Position numbers and translations under genes: made by a program. Positions 17,018 through 27,236 of a stretch of DNA of 64,000 bases are shown one piece after another. The stretch is taken from NCBI GenBank assembly GCA_041601615.1, contig JBFIHX010000002.1, forward strand, positions 1-64,000. Reading direction: 5' to 3'. The first letter of the stretch is position 1; each line of letters starts with the position of its first letter. The DNA is from Thermoplasmatota archaeon. GTDB taxonomy: Archaea > Thermoplasmatota > E2 > JACPAO01 > JAHFTW01. Under the pieces are notes generated by a model. It was given only the letters and a program-made list of their open reading frames with translations. It had not been told where the DNA came from and did no database searches.

Positions 17018-19884
17018 CGCCGCCAATACGCATTCGTCCGAGCGAACTCAAGCTCCGCCGCCAAGATCTCCCGCCAGAACATGGAGGTTTCTGGGTCTGA
17101 GACTTTCTGCAAAATGCGTGTCGCGGTCTCGGGCCCGACCCCGCGCGCAACGAGGCATCGAGCCGCGACGCTGCCAAAATTCGCCATCAAATTTCCGTTG
17201 CGTACCATGCTGTTGCGCTCTCGTTTTTCCTCGGCCGTGAGTCGAGCCTGGTCCCCTTTCAAGAGGCCCAATTTGTCTTCGCTCCAGCGGCGCAGGCAGG
17301 CGACGGTGAGGTTTTGGCAGCGGCGGCAGTGAATCCTTCGCGGCACGTCTTGCACGATGGTGTCGGTGCGGGTGCCGCAGTTGGTGCAGACGAGCATGCA
17401 CTCGGATTCTTCGATGCGGGCGCGCACTTGGGCCAGGAGTTTGTCGTCGCTGCGGGGCGGGGCGACCATGCGGCGGGCCTCTTCGAGTGCGAGCCTGGAC
17501 AGGGGGCCAAGGGCTTGCCGGACGATTTCGATGCGACCTGCGGCAAGATCGCGAAGGAAGTCGGCCATGGCGTCCAGATCAAAGCGGTCGTGGATGAGGC
17601 GGTTGAGGGTCTCTTCTTGCAAGGCGAGGCGGTCCCATAGGGCGTCGAGTTTGGCGCGGGTGAAGCGGTTGGCGTCGAGTGTGTCGGGGAGCGCTCCGAA
17701 GTGTTTGGCCACATGGACCAAGTGGTGGCGCAGGAGGCCGTCGCCTTTGAGCACGATTCCGAGAAGGATGTCGAGGCTGTCTGGGTCGAGGCTGTTCCAG
17801 GTTTCTTCCACGTCGGCTGGGCTGATGCTGCTTGGGAGTGTGAAGGTGATGCGGTAGGCGTCGGAATCGACGGGGACGGCCGAGCCGTGGCGCTGGGAGA
17901 GGAGGGCGGCGGTGAGGCGGCCGAGGGCTTCGTTTCCGCGGGTGCCGAGGGGGACGTGTGCCACGAGTAAGGCGCGGCCGGTTTCGAGGCAGACGACGCG
18001 ATCCGTCGGCACGCGAAGGCCCTCTTCGAGGTGGGCCAATACGGGCCCGGCGCCGGGGGCGGTCTCGGTGGGGGCGGACCCGTCTCCGATGTTGCCTCGA
18101 AGGATGGCGACGGCGTGGGCAAGTTCGCGACTGACGGGGAGGGCGCTTCCGGCCCATTGGGGCACGGCTCCGAGGTCGCGGGCGGGGGCGACGCGCACTC
18201 GGCGGGCGTCTTGTTCGATTTCCAGGACGCGCCAGCTTCGGCCGGCCATGATGAAGCTCTGGCCGGGTTCGAGTCCGGCGGCGACGAAAGCGTCGTCGAC
18301 GGTGCCGATGCTGCGTTTGGTTGCCTCGTTGAGGATGCGGAATTTTTTGTCGTCTTGGATGAGGCTGATGTGGCTGAGGAAGTGTTTGCGGCTGCGTCCG
18401 CTGCGGCCCATGCTGCCGGGCGCTGACTCGGATTCGTACACGGTGCGCACGTCGAGGAGCGTTTCCCAGACTTGCTCAAACAAGCCGTCGTCCAGTTCGG
18501 CAAATGGGGCAGCGCGCCGGATGATGGCGTGGGTCCAGCTGCGGTCGAGGTCTTTGTATTCGTTGGTGAGCGCGACGAGTTGGTTGGCTAGGACCACGAG
18601 GGGTGCTTCGCGGATGCGGAGGGGTTCGAGGGTGCCGGTTTCGGCTTTGCGTGCCACTGCATAGCATTCTTGGAAATCTTCGGGCCCGGAGGCGACGAGT
18701 GTGCCGTGGCTGGTTGCACCGACGCGGTGGCCGGCGCGGCCGAGGCGTTGTACGAGTCGGGCGACACTGCGGGGGCTGCCGAGTTGTACGACGTGGTCGA
18801 TGGCGCCGACGTCGATGCCTAGTTCGAGGCTGCTGGTGGCTACGAGGCCGCGTATGTCGCCGTTTTTGAAGCGGTCTTCTACGTCTGCGCGGTGCTCGGA
18901 GGACAGGCTGCCGTGGTGCAATTCCAGCAACGGCAAGGCCCGACCTGCGTCCTCATCGAGGGTGGTGCTGCGGTGGACGAGCAACTCAGCGCTGTCGCGG
19001 GTGTTGCAAAAGACCAGGACACGTTCGTGGGCGGCCACCAGCGCGCGCACGGTGCGTACTTCGGCCGCAGCTTCGGCGGATATGCTCAGTTCGCCTCCGA
19101 GTCGTTGGTCTTCGTCCGTGACCTCGGGCAGCACCACGTCCAGTTCGCGTCGTTTTTCGGCGGCAACGCGCAGGACTTGGACCGCTCGGTCGGTGCCGGC
19201 CATGAAGCGGGCTACGGGTTCTGGGTCGGCGACGGTGGCGGAGAGGCCGATGCGTTGGAAAGCGCCGCCTTGGCGGGCACTGGGTTTGCGGGGGCAGGTG
19301 CGGTCGCGGGCGGGTGCGTCGCGCAGGCTTGGTGGTTGGGCAATGGCCTCCTCTAGGCGCTCTAGGGCGATGGTAAGTTGGCTGCCGCGTTCGGAGGCCG
19401 CAAGATCGTGTACTTCGTCGAGGACGACGAATCGGACGGTGGCAAGGTGCCGGCGCAGCGTGTCGCCGTACAATAGAAGCTGAAGAGTCTCGGGGGTGGT
19501 GATGAGCACGTCGGGTGGTTTGCGGGCTTGTCGGGCGCGTTCGGCTTGGCTTGTGTCGCCGTGTCGTACGCCGACGTGGATGTCGAGTGCTTCGGCCCAG
19601 TCGGTGAGGCGCCCCAGGAGGTCGCGGTTGAGGGCGCGCAGGGGCGTGATGTACAGCGCTTTGAATCCCGTTGGCCAGGGCTTGTTTGCGGCCTTCAATC
19701 GGTCTCGTTCGTGCAGGATGCGGCTCAAAATCGGCAGGAGGGCGGCTTCTGTTTTGCCGTATCCGGTGGGCGCCACGAGAAGGGCGTGTCCGCCGGCAAG
19801 CAGAGCGTCGAGGCTTGCGTGTTGGGCGGGGGTCAGGTCCGTCCAGCCTTGTTGTTGCAGCAGGCGGTCCAGGGCCGGGTGCAG
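17014..19884 (-). CDS. lhr: Archaeal Lhr-type DEAD/DEAH helicase (start unresolved)
   Basis: APTGYGKT, TPLRAL, DEVH, LSAT, HHGSL, QRLGRAGH, C-terminal CxxC pairs. Confidence 0.95.
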   Translation of the reverse strand: MHPALDRLLQQQGWTDLTPAQHASLDALLAGGHALLVAPTGYGKTEAALLPILSRILHERDRLKAANKPWPTGFKALYITPLRALNRDLLGRLTDWAEALDIHVGVRHGDTSQAERARQARKPPDVLITTPETLQLLLYGDTLRRHLATVRFVVLDEVHDLAASERGSQLTIALERLEEAIAQPPSLRDAPARDRTCPRKPSARQGGAFQRIGLSATVADPEPVARFMAGTDRAVQVLRVAAEKRRELDVVLPEVTDEDQRLGGELSISAEAAAEVRTVRALVAAHERVLVFCNTRDSAELLVHRSTTLDEDAGRALPLLELHHGSLSSEHRADVEDRFKNGDIRGLVATSSLELGIDVGAIDHVVQLGSPRSVARLVQRLGRAGHRVGATSHGTLVASGPEDFQECYAVARKAETGTLEPLRIREAPLVVLANQLVALTNEYKDLDRSWTHAIIRRAAPFAELDDGLFEQVWETLLDVRTVYESESAPGSMGRSGRSRKHFLSHISLIQDDKKFRILNEATKRSIGTVDDAFVAAGLEPGQSFIMAGRSWRVLEIEQDARRVRVAPARDLGAVPQWAGSALPVSRELAHAVAILRGNIGDGSAPTETAPGAGPVLAHLEEGLRVPTDRVVCLETGRALLVAHVPLGTRGNEALGRLTAALLSQRHGSAVPVDSDAYRITFTLPSSISPADVEETWNSLDPDSLDILLGIVLKGDGLLRHHLVHVAKHFGALPDTLDANRFTRAKLDALWDRLALQEETLNRLIHDRFDLDAMADFLRDLAAGRIEIVRQALGPLSRLALEEARRMVAPPRSDDKLLAQVRARIEESECMLVCTNCGTRTDTIVQDVPRRIHCRRCQNLTVACLRRWSEDKLGLLKGDQARLTAEEKRERNSMVRNGNLMANFGSVAARCLVARGVGPETATRILQKVSDPETSMFWREILAAELEFARTNAYWRR

Positions 19885-19898
19885 CCGTGGATCAAGTC

Positions 19899-21440
19899 CT
19901 ACAACATCACGCCCAGAATCAGGTCTAGGTAGCTCAATAGCAGGGTCGCGCCGAGCAGGTAGCTCAAGATCATCCCGGTGCCGGTGCCGAGGCCCATGAA
20001 GGTGCCTTGGCGCGACAGCAGGAGGCTGTTTTTGATGATCATTTGAATGGGAGTTGCTACGACGCCGAAGACCAGGAGCAGGGTGGCGATTTGGATGCCG
20101 ATGGTGGCCCAGAGTGCGTTGCCGCTGGCGCTGGTGGTGAACAAGCTGGTGCCAAAGACGTGTGCCATTTCGAGGTCCCAGAGCACGAAGACTAGGAAGG
20201 CGACGAGGAGGGAGAAGACGAGGCCGATCCACTTGTAGCGGTCCCAGCGTTCGTGTTTCTTTTCGGGCTTGACGGCGAGGCGGGTGATCCAGAGTCCGAT
20301 GGCGACGGCCCAGAGTGCAAAGCCCCACCAAGGGAGCTTGAAGAGCCAGACGCCGTACAGTGATTGGGCGCCGGTGACGCCGCCGTCGGCGACCCGAAAG
20401 GCGGTGGTGCCTTGGCCGTGTAGGCCTGTGGCGTCGGCTGCCATGGTCATGGCGGTGAAGCGGTTGAGCCGGAACACAGAGCCAAAGTCTGCGTCCTTGT
20501 CGGTTGGGATGGTCATGAGGGCGCCTGCGAGCGTCTCTTGTAGGACAATCTCGAGGTCTTCTGTGCCGCCGTCGATTTGCTGGGTTTGTGTGCCGCCGCT
20601 TTGGGCGTTGGCGGTTTCGACAGCGCTGAGCATTTCGTTGATGCGGGCAAACTTGAGGCCAACCGCCACGGCGGCGTTCGTTGCTGGGCTGAAGCTGGTG
20701 CTGCTGCCGGGTCCGAAGGGTAGGAGTCCGAATCCTACCTGAAACGGCGACACGACGGGGCTTCCTTCGAAGGTGAAGACGGTGTCTTTTCCATTGAATC
20801 GGCAGGAGGGCGGGGCGCAGCTGTTGCCTTCGACGTTGTCGACGCCGTCGATGCGGATGACGGTGTCATCGTCCAAGCCGGAGAGTCCGCCAGCTTTGTC
20901 GGGATCGATGAATTGGTTGCCTTGGAGCGGGATGCGTTCAATGGATGCGAACGCCATTTTGCCTCCGACGGAGGGTGCTAGGAGCGCTTCGCCGAGGCCG
21001 AAGGTGTTCAGGTCTTCGCCTTGTTTGAAGTCCATCCAGAGTGCGAGGACGTGGTCGGCGGTGTAGGTTGCGTCGACGGGGTCGGGGAGTCGGAGTCCGA
21101 TGCTGCCGCCGCGTTCGATCATGATGCGTTGGGTGTCGCCGGTGGCGCAGCCTTGGCCGTTGTTGTTTTTCCAGCAGACGCGCTCGACGCCATCGATGCG
21201 TAGGCCGTTTGTGTCGAAGAAGCCGAAGCTGCCGTCGGCGCCTCGCAAATCGGCTTTCATGGCGGCGGAGACGACGGTGACGGGATTGGAGCCGTTGGCG
21301 TCTGCGTATTGGTAGTCTGCGGTGAAGGCGTGGACGCCGTTGATTTGCGCGCCGCTTGCGGGAATGAGCAGCAATGCGACGAGCACAAGGGGGACGGCGG
21401 CCTTCAACACGGTGGCAGGAGTCCGCGCCCGTTTATTCAT
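19899..21440 (-). CDS. Hypothetical exported protein with C-terminal TM helices
   Basis: Signal peptide, large soluble domain, four C-terminal TM. Confidence 0.8.
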   Translation of the reverse strand: MNKRARTPATVLKAAVPLVLVALLLIPASGAQINGVHAFTADYQYADANGSNPVTVVSAAMKADLRGADGSFGFFDTNGLRIDGVERVCWKNNNGQGCATGDTQRIMIERGGSIGLRLPDPVDATYTADHVLALWMDFKQGEDLNTFGLGEALLAPSVGGKMAFASIERIPLQGNQFIDPDKAGGLSGLDDDTVIRIDGVDNVEGNSCAPPSCRFNGKDTVFTFEGSPVVSPFQVGFGLLPFGPGSSTSFSPATNAAVAVGLKFARINEMLSAVETANAQSGGTQTQQIDGGTEDLEIVLQETLAGALMTIPTDKDADFGSVFRLNRFTAMTMAADATGLHGQGTTAFRVADGGVTGAQSLYGVWLFKLPWWGFALWAVAIGLWITRLAVKPEKKHERWDRYKWIGLVFSLLVAFLVFVLWDLEMAHVFGTSLFTTSASGNALWATIGIQIATLLLVFGVVATPIQMIIKNSLLLSRQGTFMGLGTGTGMILSYLLGATLLLSYLDLILGVML

Positions 21441-21472
21441 TGTGTGCTTGTGGGGCAAATGGGCTTAGGGGC

Positions 21473-22789
21473 CTAGGCCCGGCCTACAAGGGCGGCAATG
21501 GCATCTGCATCCGTGGCAAGGTTTGCTTGCAGATCTTCGTGGCCGTCTTCGGTGACGATGATGTCGTTTTCGATGCGGATTCCGAGGGGGGGCACTCCGG
21601 GGGGTGCGGGTGCGAAGTCGGAGTTGACGTAGAGGCCGGGTTCGACGGTGAGGATCATGCCTGGCTCTAGGAGTCGTTGGTTGCCGTCGTCGTCCTTGTA
21701 GCCGCCCACGTCGTGCACGTCGAGGCCCAAGAAGTGGCTGGTGCCGTGCATGTAGTAGCTGCGGAAGCTCTGTTTTTCGAGGACCTCGGCAAGGGCCCCG
21801 GTAATCCAGCCACGTTCGAGCAGACCTTCGGCAAGCACTTGGACTGCGGCTTCGTGGGGGGCGCGGATGGAGGCGCCGGGGCGCACGGTGGCGATGGCGG
21901 CTTTCTGGGCATCGTGGACGAGGTCGTAGAGGTCCCGCTGCGCTTCGGTCCAAGCCCCCGTTGCGGGCGCGGTGCGGGTGATGTCGCTGTTGTAGTAGCC
22001 CCATTCGCAGCCGGCGTCGATCAAGACGAGGTCGCCGGATTCGATGCGGGCGCGGTTTTCGATGTAGTGCAGGATGCCGGCGTTGGCGCCGCTGCCGACG
22101 ATGGCAGGGTAGCCGGGTCCGGTGCTGCCGTGGCGGCGGTAGTGGTGTAGAATGGCGGCCTCTACTTCGTATTCTCGGGCGCCGGGGCGAACGTGGGCAA
22201 GGCCTGCTTCCATGGCTTCGTTGCCAAGACGCGCCGCTTCGCGCATCATGCGCAATTCGTCGGCGTCCTTGCGCAACCGTAGTTCGTGGACTACGGTGCC
22301 GCCGTCGGAGGGGTCTGTTTCGCCGAGGGCGTTGCGCAGGTGTTCGTCCACTTCGAGGTGGTGGTCGGTGCAGGCAAGAACGTGCCCGGGTCCTCGGCTT
22401 GCTAGGCGTCGCTTGAAGTCGGCGCCGAGTTCATCCATGGGGTGCGCTGCGTCCACGCCGAGGGCCTCTCCGGCGCGTTCGATGCCGAGGCGGCGCCCGG
22501 TCCAGACTTCGGCTTCGGGTTTGCGGGTGCGCAGCCATAGGTCGGTGCGGCCGGTTCCGCCTTCGATGGTCAGGACGCTTTCGGGTTCCGCGAATCCGGT
22601 CAAGTACCAGAAGTCGCTGTGGGGCCGGAAGACGTGCTCTACGTCGTTGCTGAAGGAGGTTTGTGGGTGCGTTGCCACCACTAGGATTTCGTCGTCGTCC
22701 ATGGCGGCGGCGGCTCGCTCGCGTCGGCGCTGGAACGATTCCAGGGGCAGTTGAGGCGCCGGGCCGGTGGCCAGGTCGTCGAAGTCCAC
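21473..22789 (-). CDS. pepP: Xaa-Pro aminopeptidase
   Basis: SDFWYLTG, IDAG...SDITRT, HFLGLDVHD, TVEPG, IRIEND. Confidence 0.95.
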   Translation of the reverse strand: MDFDDLATGPAPQLPLESFQRRRERAAAAMDDDEILVVATHPQTSFSNDVEHVFRPHSDFWYLTGFAEPESVLTIEGGTGRTDLWLRTRKPEAEVWTGRRLGIERAGEALGVDAAHPMDELGADFKRRLASRGPGHVLACTDHHLEVDEHLRNALGETDPSDGGTVVHELRLRKDADELRMMREAARLGNEAMEAGLAHVRPGAREYEVEAAILHHYRRHGSTGPGYPAIVGSGANAGILHYIENRARIESGDLVLIDAGCEWGYYNSDITRTAPATGAWTEAQRDLYDLVHDAQKAAIATVRPGASIRAPHEAAVQVLAEGLLERGWITGALAEVLEKQSFRSYYMHGTSHFLGLDVHDVGGYKDDDGNQRLLEPGMILTVEPGLYVNSDFAPAPPGVPPLGIRIENDIIVTEDGHEDLQANLATDADAIAALVGRA

Positions 22790-23027
22790 GGCGTCTATGG
22801 GTTGTGCAGGGGGAGAAGGGTTTCGGACGGAGGGTCGCGATCGAACCGTTGCCGCCTTGGAGCAGTTGTCGTGAGGTTTCATCGCGGTGTTACAATAGCG
22901 GCGTATCAGAGCCATAGCAACCGCGTACATGCAGCCGGCCTTTACACCACCATATTGCTCAATTTGAATGGCCTTATTCACGATTGCTATATATATCAAA
23001 TCGTTTAACCAAGACTGGAAGCGCCAT

Positions 23028-24122
23028 ATGGATGCTGCAAACTACGACCACTTGCAACCCGTTTATCCAGTCCGCCATCAAGCCAAAGTGCCGTTCCGTC
23101 CGCATATCCGAGCCCCCTCCGACCTTACCGCGCACCTGATGGAGATCCAACGGTTGGACGACGAACTGGACCGCCACATCCTGAGTGCACAAGATTACCT
23201 CGATCTCGCCAGCGACGCATATGGCACCAATTTCCACTACAGCACACGGATGGAAGGAAACCCGTTGGACCTCGACGAAGTGCGCCGCATCACTCGCGAG
23301 AGTCTGCGCCATACAACCCGCACGAGCAGACAACCCCCCGCGACCCAAGAGATCATCAACCACGTCCTTGCCGCAAGCAAACCCATCCTGGAAGGACCGT
23401 GGAACCAAAATCGAATTCTGGACTTGCACCGGATTCTCATGCACGACGCAGAACCGCGAAGCAACCCAGGGCAATACAAAACGGAACGCAATCCCATCAC
23501 GCAAGAGGGGGACGTTGTGTTCGCTCCGGCCCGGCCCGAAGATGTGTTGGCCGAAATGGAGTCGCTAGTCACCTGGGTCAACGAGGACGCCCCCACACTG
23601 CACCCACTCGTAGCTGCAACCGTGTTTTTCCACGAATTCGAGAGCATTCACCCCTTCCGAGACGGAAACGGGCGCACGGGCCGGATGCTGTTTCACGGAT
23701 ACCTTCGAACACGCGGGCTACGAAACTCCCACCTGTGCAAATTCGAGCCCTACCTCACTGGTGAGCCAGAACTTTACTACAGACTACTAAGTTGGACGGA
23801 CTTCTCGGGGGACTACCGCCCAATCCTGGACTTCTTCACCAACGCCGTTCTTCGATCCTACCGGGAAGCCCACGCGCACCTCAAAGAGCGCGACCTACTT
23901 TCAAGCGGGCTTGACGAACATGCAAAGCGTTTACTGATTCAGGCGAAGACGCACGGGGACTGGTTCACGGTCTCGGAAGCAACCCATTGGGTAGATAGCA
24001 TCCAGGACGTAACGGTCCGAAAGCACCTGAACCGGCTCGTTGATGTCGGGGCTCTGGAAGACAACGGAAAAGGAACGCGGGGCAAGCGTTACCGGTTCGC
24101 GTCTCCATTCCCAGAATCGTAG
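23028..24122 (+). CDS. Fic family protein with C-terminal wHTH
   Basis: HPFRDGNGRTGR; inhibitory STRMEGN. Confidence 0.93.
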   Translation: MDAANYDHLQPVYPVRHQAKVPFRPHIRAPSDLTAHLMEIQRLDDELDRHILSAQDYLDLASDAYGTNFHYSTRMEGNPLDLDEVRRITRESLRHTTRTSRQPPATQEIINHVLAASKPILEGPWNQNRILDLHRILMHDAEPRSNPGQYKTERNPITQEGDVVFAPARPEDVLAEMESLVTWVNEDAPTLHPLVAATVFFHEFESIHPFRDGNGRTGRMLFHGYLRTRGLRNSHLCKFEPYLTGEPELYYRLLSWTDFSGDYRPILDFFTNAVLRSYREAHAHLKERDLLSSGLDEHAKRLLIQAKTHGDWFTVSEATHWVDSIQDVTVRKHLNRLVDVGALEDNGKGTRGKRYRFASPFPES

Positions 24123-24153
24123 AACAAAAATCAAGTTGCTCGAATCCGAAGAC

Positions 24154-26106
24154 TCAGCCCCTGAACACCGGCCGCATACTGGTACAAACCGGAAGCGGCA
24201 GGGGCGCACGAGGTTCGTTGCCGATGTTCGCTTCGACGATGTTCAGGAGTCCCGCCCAAGGCATCGGGTAGTTGCCAAGGCTCTGGCCTTCGTCGGCGTC
24301 CATGGTGAGCCCGGCGCGGTCGAGGTATTCCTGTTTGCGTACGCGGACATTGTACACGCCACTGGCCTTCTCTTGTTCTCCGACGACGACGATGAGGGGC
24401 ACCCATTCTTTCTCGGCACTGCGGATTTTTTTGCCGATGCCGTTGCTGGTGTCGTCCACGTCGGCGCGTCCGCCTGCGTCGTTGACGGCGGCGGCCAATT
24501 GGAGCGCTTCGTCCAAGAACTCATCCGAGACAGGCAGGAACCGAACGTGCGTGGGACTGAGCCAGAAGGGCAGGGCCGGTTTTTCGCCTCGGTCGCGCTT
24601 CATCGCTTCCGATTCGAGGATGGCGGCGACGTTGCGGTCGATGGCGCCGCTGACGCTGGTGTGCAGCAGCAGGGGCGTGTGTTCCGCTCCGTCCTCACCG
24701 GCGTAGGTGATGCCGAAGTGCTGCGGGTTCTGGGTGTCAATTTGCACCGTGGACAATGCGAACGCCTTGCCGCTGGTGTCGTTGACGTTGAATTCGAATT
24801 TGCAGACGAAATAGAAGGACTGGTCTTCCCACATCTCCACGAGAATCGGCTGCCCGACGGTCTGCGCGAGGCTCTGGGCGAATTCCTTGTTTTCTTCGTA
24901 GAAGCCGCGCACGAACCGGATGGCAGTTTGGAACGGCACTTCGAGTCCCTCCATCCAGGTTTTGCTGGTGGCAAATTGCCGCCCGAACTCCTCGCGTGCT
25001 TGCGGCAGGTCCGCCACGAGGGTATGCATATCGGGCATGGTGAAGCATCGAAGGCGCTTGATGCCGCTGGTTTCGCCGCTTTGTTCGCGTCGGAAACTGT
25101 AGTGGGTCAGTTCGTAGATGCGCGCCGGCAGGTGCCTGTACGAGAGGGTGCTGCGGCCCATGGTGAGGTACATGCCGAAGCAGGCGGCAAAGCGTAGGAA
25201 CAGTTCCTTGTCGTCGGACTTGACGCGGTATTGGCGGGCGGGGAATTTTTGCAGGTACTTGTTGAGCGCCGGGTGGTTTACGTCGTACATGATTGGGGTC
25301 TCGATCTGCATGGCGCCACTGGCCTGGGACACCTTGTTGATCTTGGTTTCCAGGAGGCGCTTCATGAGGTTGCCCTTGGGGAACCAACGCATGTTGCCGG
25401 TGTCGCTGCCGGGTTCGTAGTCGACCAATTCGAGGCTCTTCATGAGGTCGATGTGGGCCGGCTCGCGGCCGCCCGTGCGGCTACCTTTGGCTTCGTACTC
25501 GTAGAACTTTTTGAGCTCCGGTTGGCCCTTGTAATTGAATTTCTCCGCTTCGACAAGCTCGCCTTCAGGCGTGAGGATGTACCAAGCCGAGCGAAGGTTC
25601 TTTTCAGCCTTCAGCGCCTCCGATTCGTTGACGTCGCTGTCTGCTTCTGCGCCCTCGGCTCCGGCCTCGCCGTGTTCTTCTCCGCCCGGCACCACGCGAC
25701 GGCTGAGTTCTGCCAGCGGGTGGCCCTTGACCTTGATCTCGAAGCCCTTGTACCAGCCAAACGGACTGCGCTTGACCTCGAATTCGCCCTCCAACTCGGC
25801 TTGCAGGAGCGGCAGTGCCTTGACGCCGACGCTCGGCTTGGCGAGGTCTTCCGACAAGTGCGCGTACGGGTAGAGCATCACGCGCTCCGCCTTGACCTGG
25901 TTGGCCACGGAACGAATCTCGTGGGCGGCCTTGCGCACCGCCGAGGCGAGGTCTTCTTCATCCACCGATTCCACCGTGATGAAGGCGCACAGGGCATCCT
26001 CGAGGCGGCCCGATTTTTCCTCGTCCGTGAGGTCCGGGGCCGACTTGAGTGCCTTCTTGGTTGCCACATACTCAATGTGGTCCGAGTGGAGGAGAAGGAG
26101 CTTCAC
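24154..26106 (-). CDS. thrS: Threonyl-tRNA synthetase, archaeal type
   Basis: LLLHSD, YPYAHLS, PFGWYK, GHPLAE editing domain; RFAACFG, FRREQ. Confidence 0.97.
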   Translation of the reverse strand: MKLLLLHSDHIEYVATKKALKSAPDLTDEEKSGRLEDALCAFITVESVDEEDLASAVRKAAHEIRSVANQVKAERVMLYPYAHLSEDLAKPSVGVKALPLLQAELEGEFEVKRSPFGWYKGFEIKVKGHPLAELSRRVVPGGEEHGEAGAEGAEADSDVNESEALKAEKNLRSAWYILTPEGELVEAEKFNYKGQPELKKFYEYEAKGSRTGGREPAHIDLMKSLELVDYEPGSDTGNMRWFPKGNLMKRLLETKINKVSQASGAMQIETPIMYDVNHPALNKYLQKFPARQYRVKSDDKELFLRFAACFGMYLTMGRSTLSYRHLPARIYELTHYSFRREQSGETSGIKRLRCFTMPDMHTLVADLPQAREEFGRQFATSKTWMEGLEVPFQTAIRFVRGFYEENKEFAQSLAQTVGQPILVEMWEDQSFYFVCKFEFNVNDTSGKAFALSTVQIDTQNPQHFGITYAGEDGAEHTPLLLHTSVSGAIDRNVAAILESEAMKRDRGEKPALPFWLSPTHVRFLPVSDEFLDEALQLAAAVNDAGGRADVDDTSNGIGKKIRSAEKEWVPLIVVVGEQEKASGVYNVRVRKQEYLDRAGLTMDADEGQSLGNYPMPWAGLLNIVEANIGNEPRAPLPLPVCTSMRPVFRG

Positions 26107-26452
26107 GAGGCGCGGGAGAAGCCCTCCCTGTATGAGCCTAGCGCGTGTCGTAGCCGCCCCGGCACCACTTCGACCCCACCCAAGGCCCACTCCAGAACCC
26201 ACCTCAGGGTCAAGTCGACGCCTCGCAAAGGATGCGTATTTCATGCTTTCCGGCGCCGGTCAAATAGCCACAAACGCCCAGCTAGGGTCGTCACTCGCGC
26301 CGACTTTGGCGCGTGTCCTGGGAGGATTCGGGGGTCTCCTCCCAGGACCTCTTCCCCATGTGCTCGTGGGATTCCACCTGCATCGAGACAGATTCCTGCT
26401 GCGTCGCAGCGGCTGATATAGGCATGGCGTCGAGGCTTGTTTGGTGACACGC

Positions 26453-26926
26453 ATGGACCCCACCAAGCCCTACCAAAACCTGACCCGCATTCTTGCGGCC
26501 CTGACCCTTTGCCTAATGGTCGCCTCGACCGCAAACGCCCAACTCGCCCTCCCGACGCCCGACCTACCGGCGCTCCCGGGCATCAACGCCGGCGCCAGTG
26601 CTCCCGGTGCCTCCGTTTCGGCCAACGCCAGCGGCCACGCCATTGGCGCCTGCTACGACCTGGACCCGACCGCCGTCACAAACACCGCCACAGCCGCCCT
26701 GCCCGCCCAAGCGGGACAAGCCACCGGCCTCGCCACCGGCCTCGTCTCCACCGCCACGGGATTGGTGCCTGTTGGCCTTCCCTCCGTTTCGGACCTGCCC
26801 ACGAGCGATTGTCTGGACGTAAACGCGGACGACCCGACGCAACTGGTTGAGGACGTCAAAGGAAAGGCGGGCGGCCACCAGAACATGATTCAGCGCTGGA
26901 TTGGCAACCTGTTTGGTCGCTTCTAG
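26453..26926 (+). CDS. Secreted low-complexity Ala/Thr/Pro protein
   Basis: Signal ending ANA; two mature Cys; amphipathic C-terminus. Confidence 0.7.
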   Translation: MDPTKPYQNLTRILAALTLCLMVASTANAQLALPTPDLPALPGINAGASAPGASVSANASGHAIGACYDLDPTAVTNTATAALPAQAGQATGLATGLVSTATGLVPVGLPSVSDLPTSDCLDVNADDPTQLVEDVKGKAGGHQNMIQRWIGNLFGRF

Positions 26927-27236
26927 AACCACCAAATCCCAGCCAGGACCGCGTCATCCTCCACCTCTGTCGCCCGCGCTCCCCGCGCTTCCTCCTTCCC
27001 CACTTTCTGCCCGTCCCTCCTTCATCTCTCCATCTCCCTCCATCTCTCTCCAACCTGTCTCGATTCAATTCAACCACATTCCACCTGCGCCAAGGCGCAC
27101 CCGCCTCGCGCAACGCCTCCCAATCATCCGCCTCGGTCCGATTCGGGGGTCTTGGACCGAGGCCATCCCCTGCTGGACGCCCGAATCGGTCCAAAGGCCG
27201 CTCTGGCCACTCTGACTGTTCTGGCTGTTCTGGCCG

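Noticed and set aside
19899-20331. N-terminal extension of Lhr given by the ORF track
   Set aside because: It overlaps the TM-encoding end of the upstream gene and reads as Arg/Pro-rich shadow sequence
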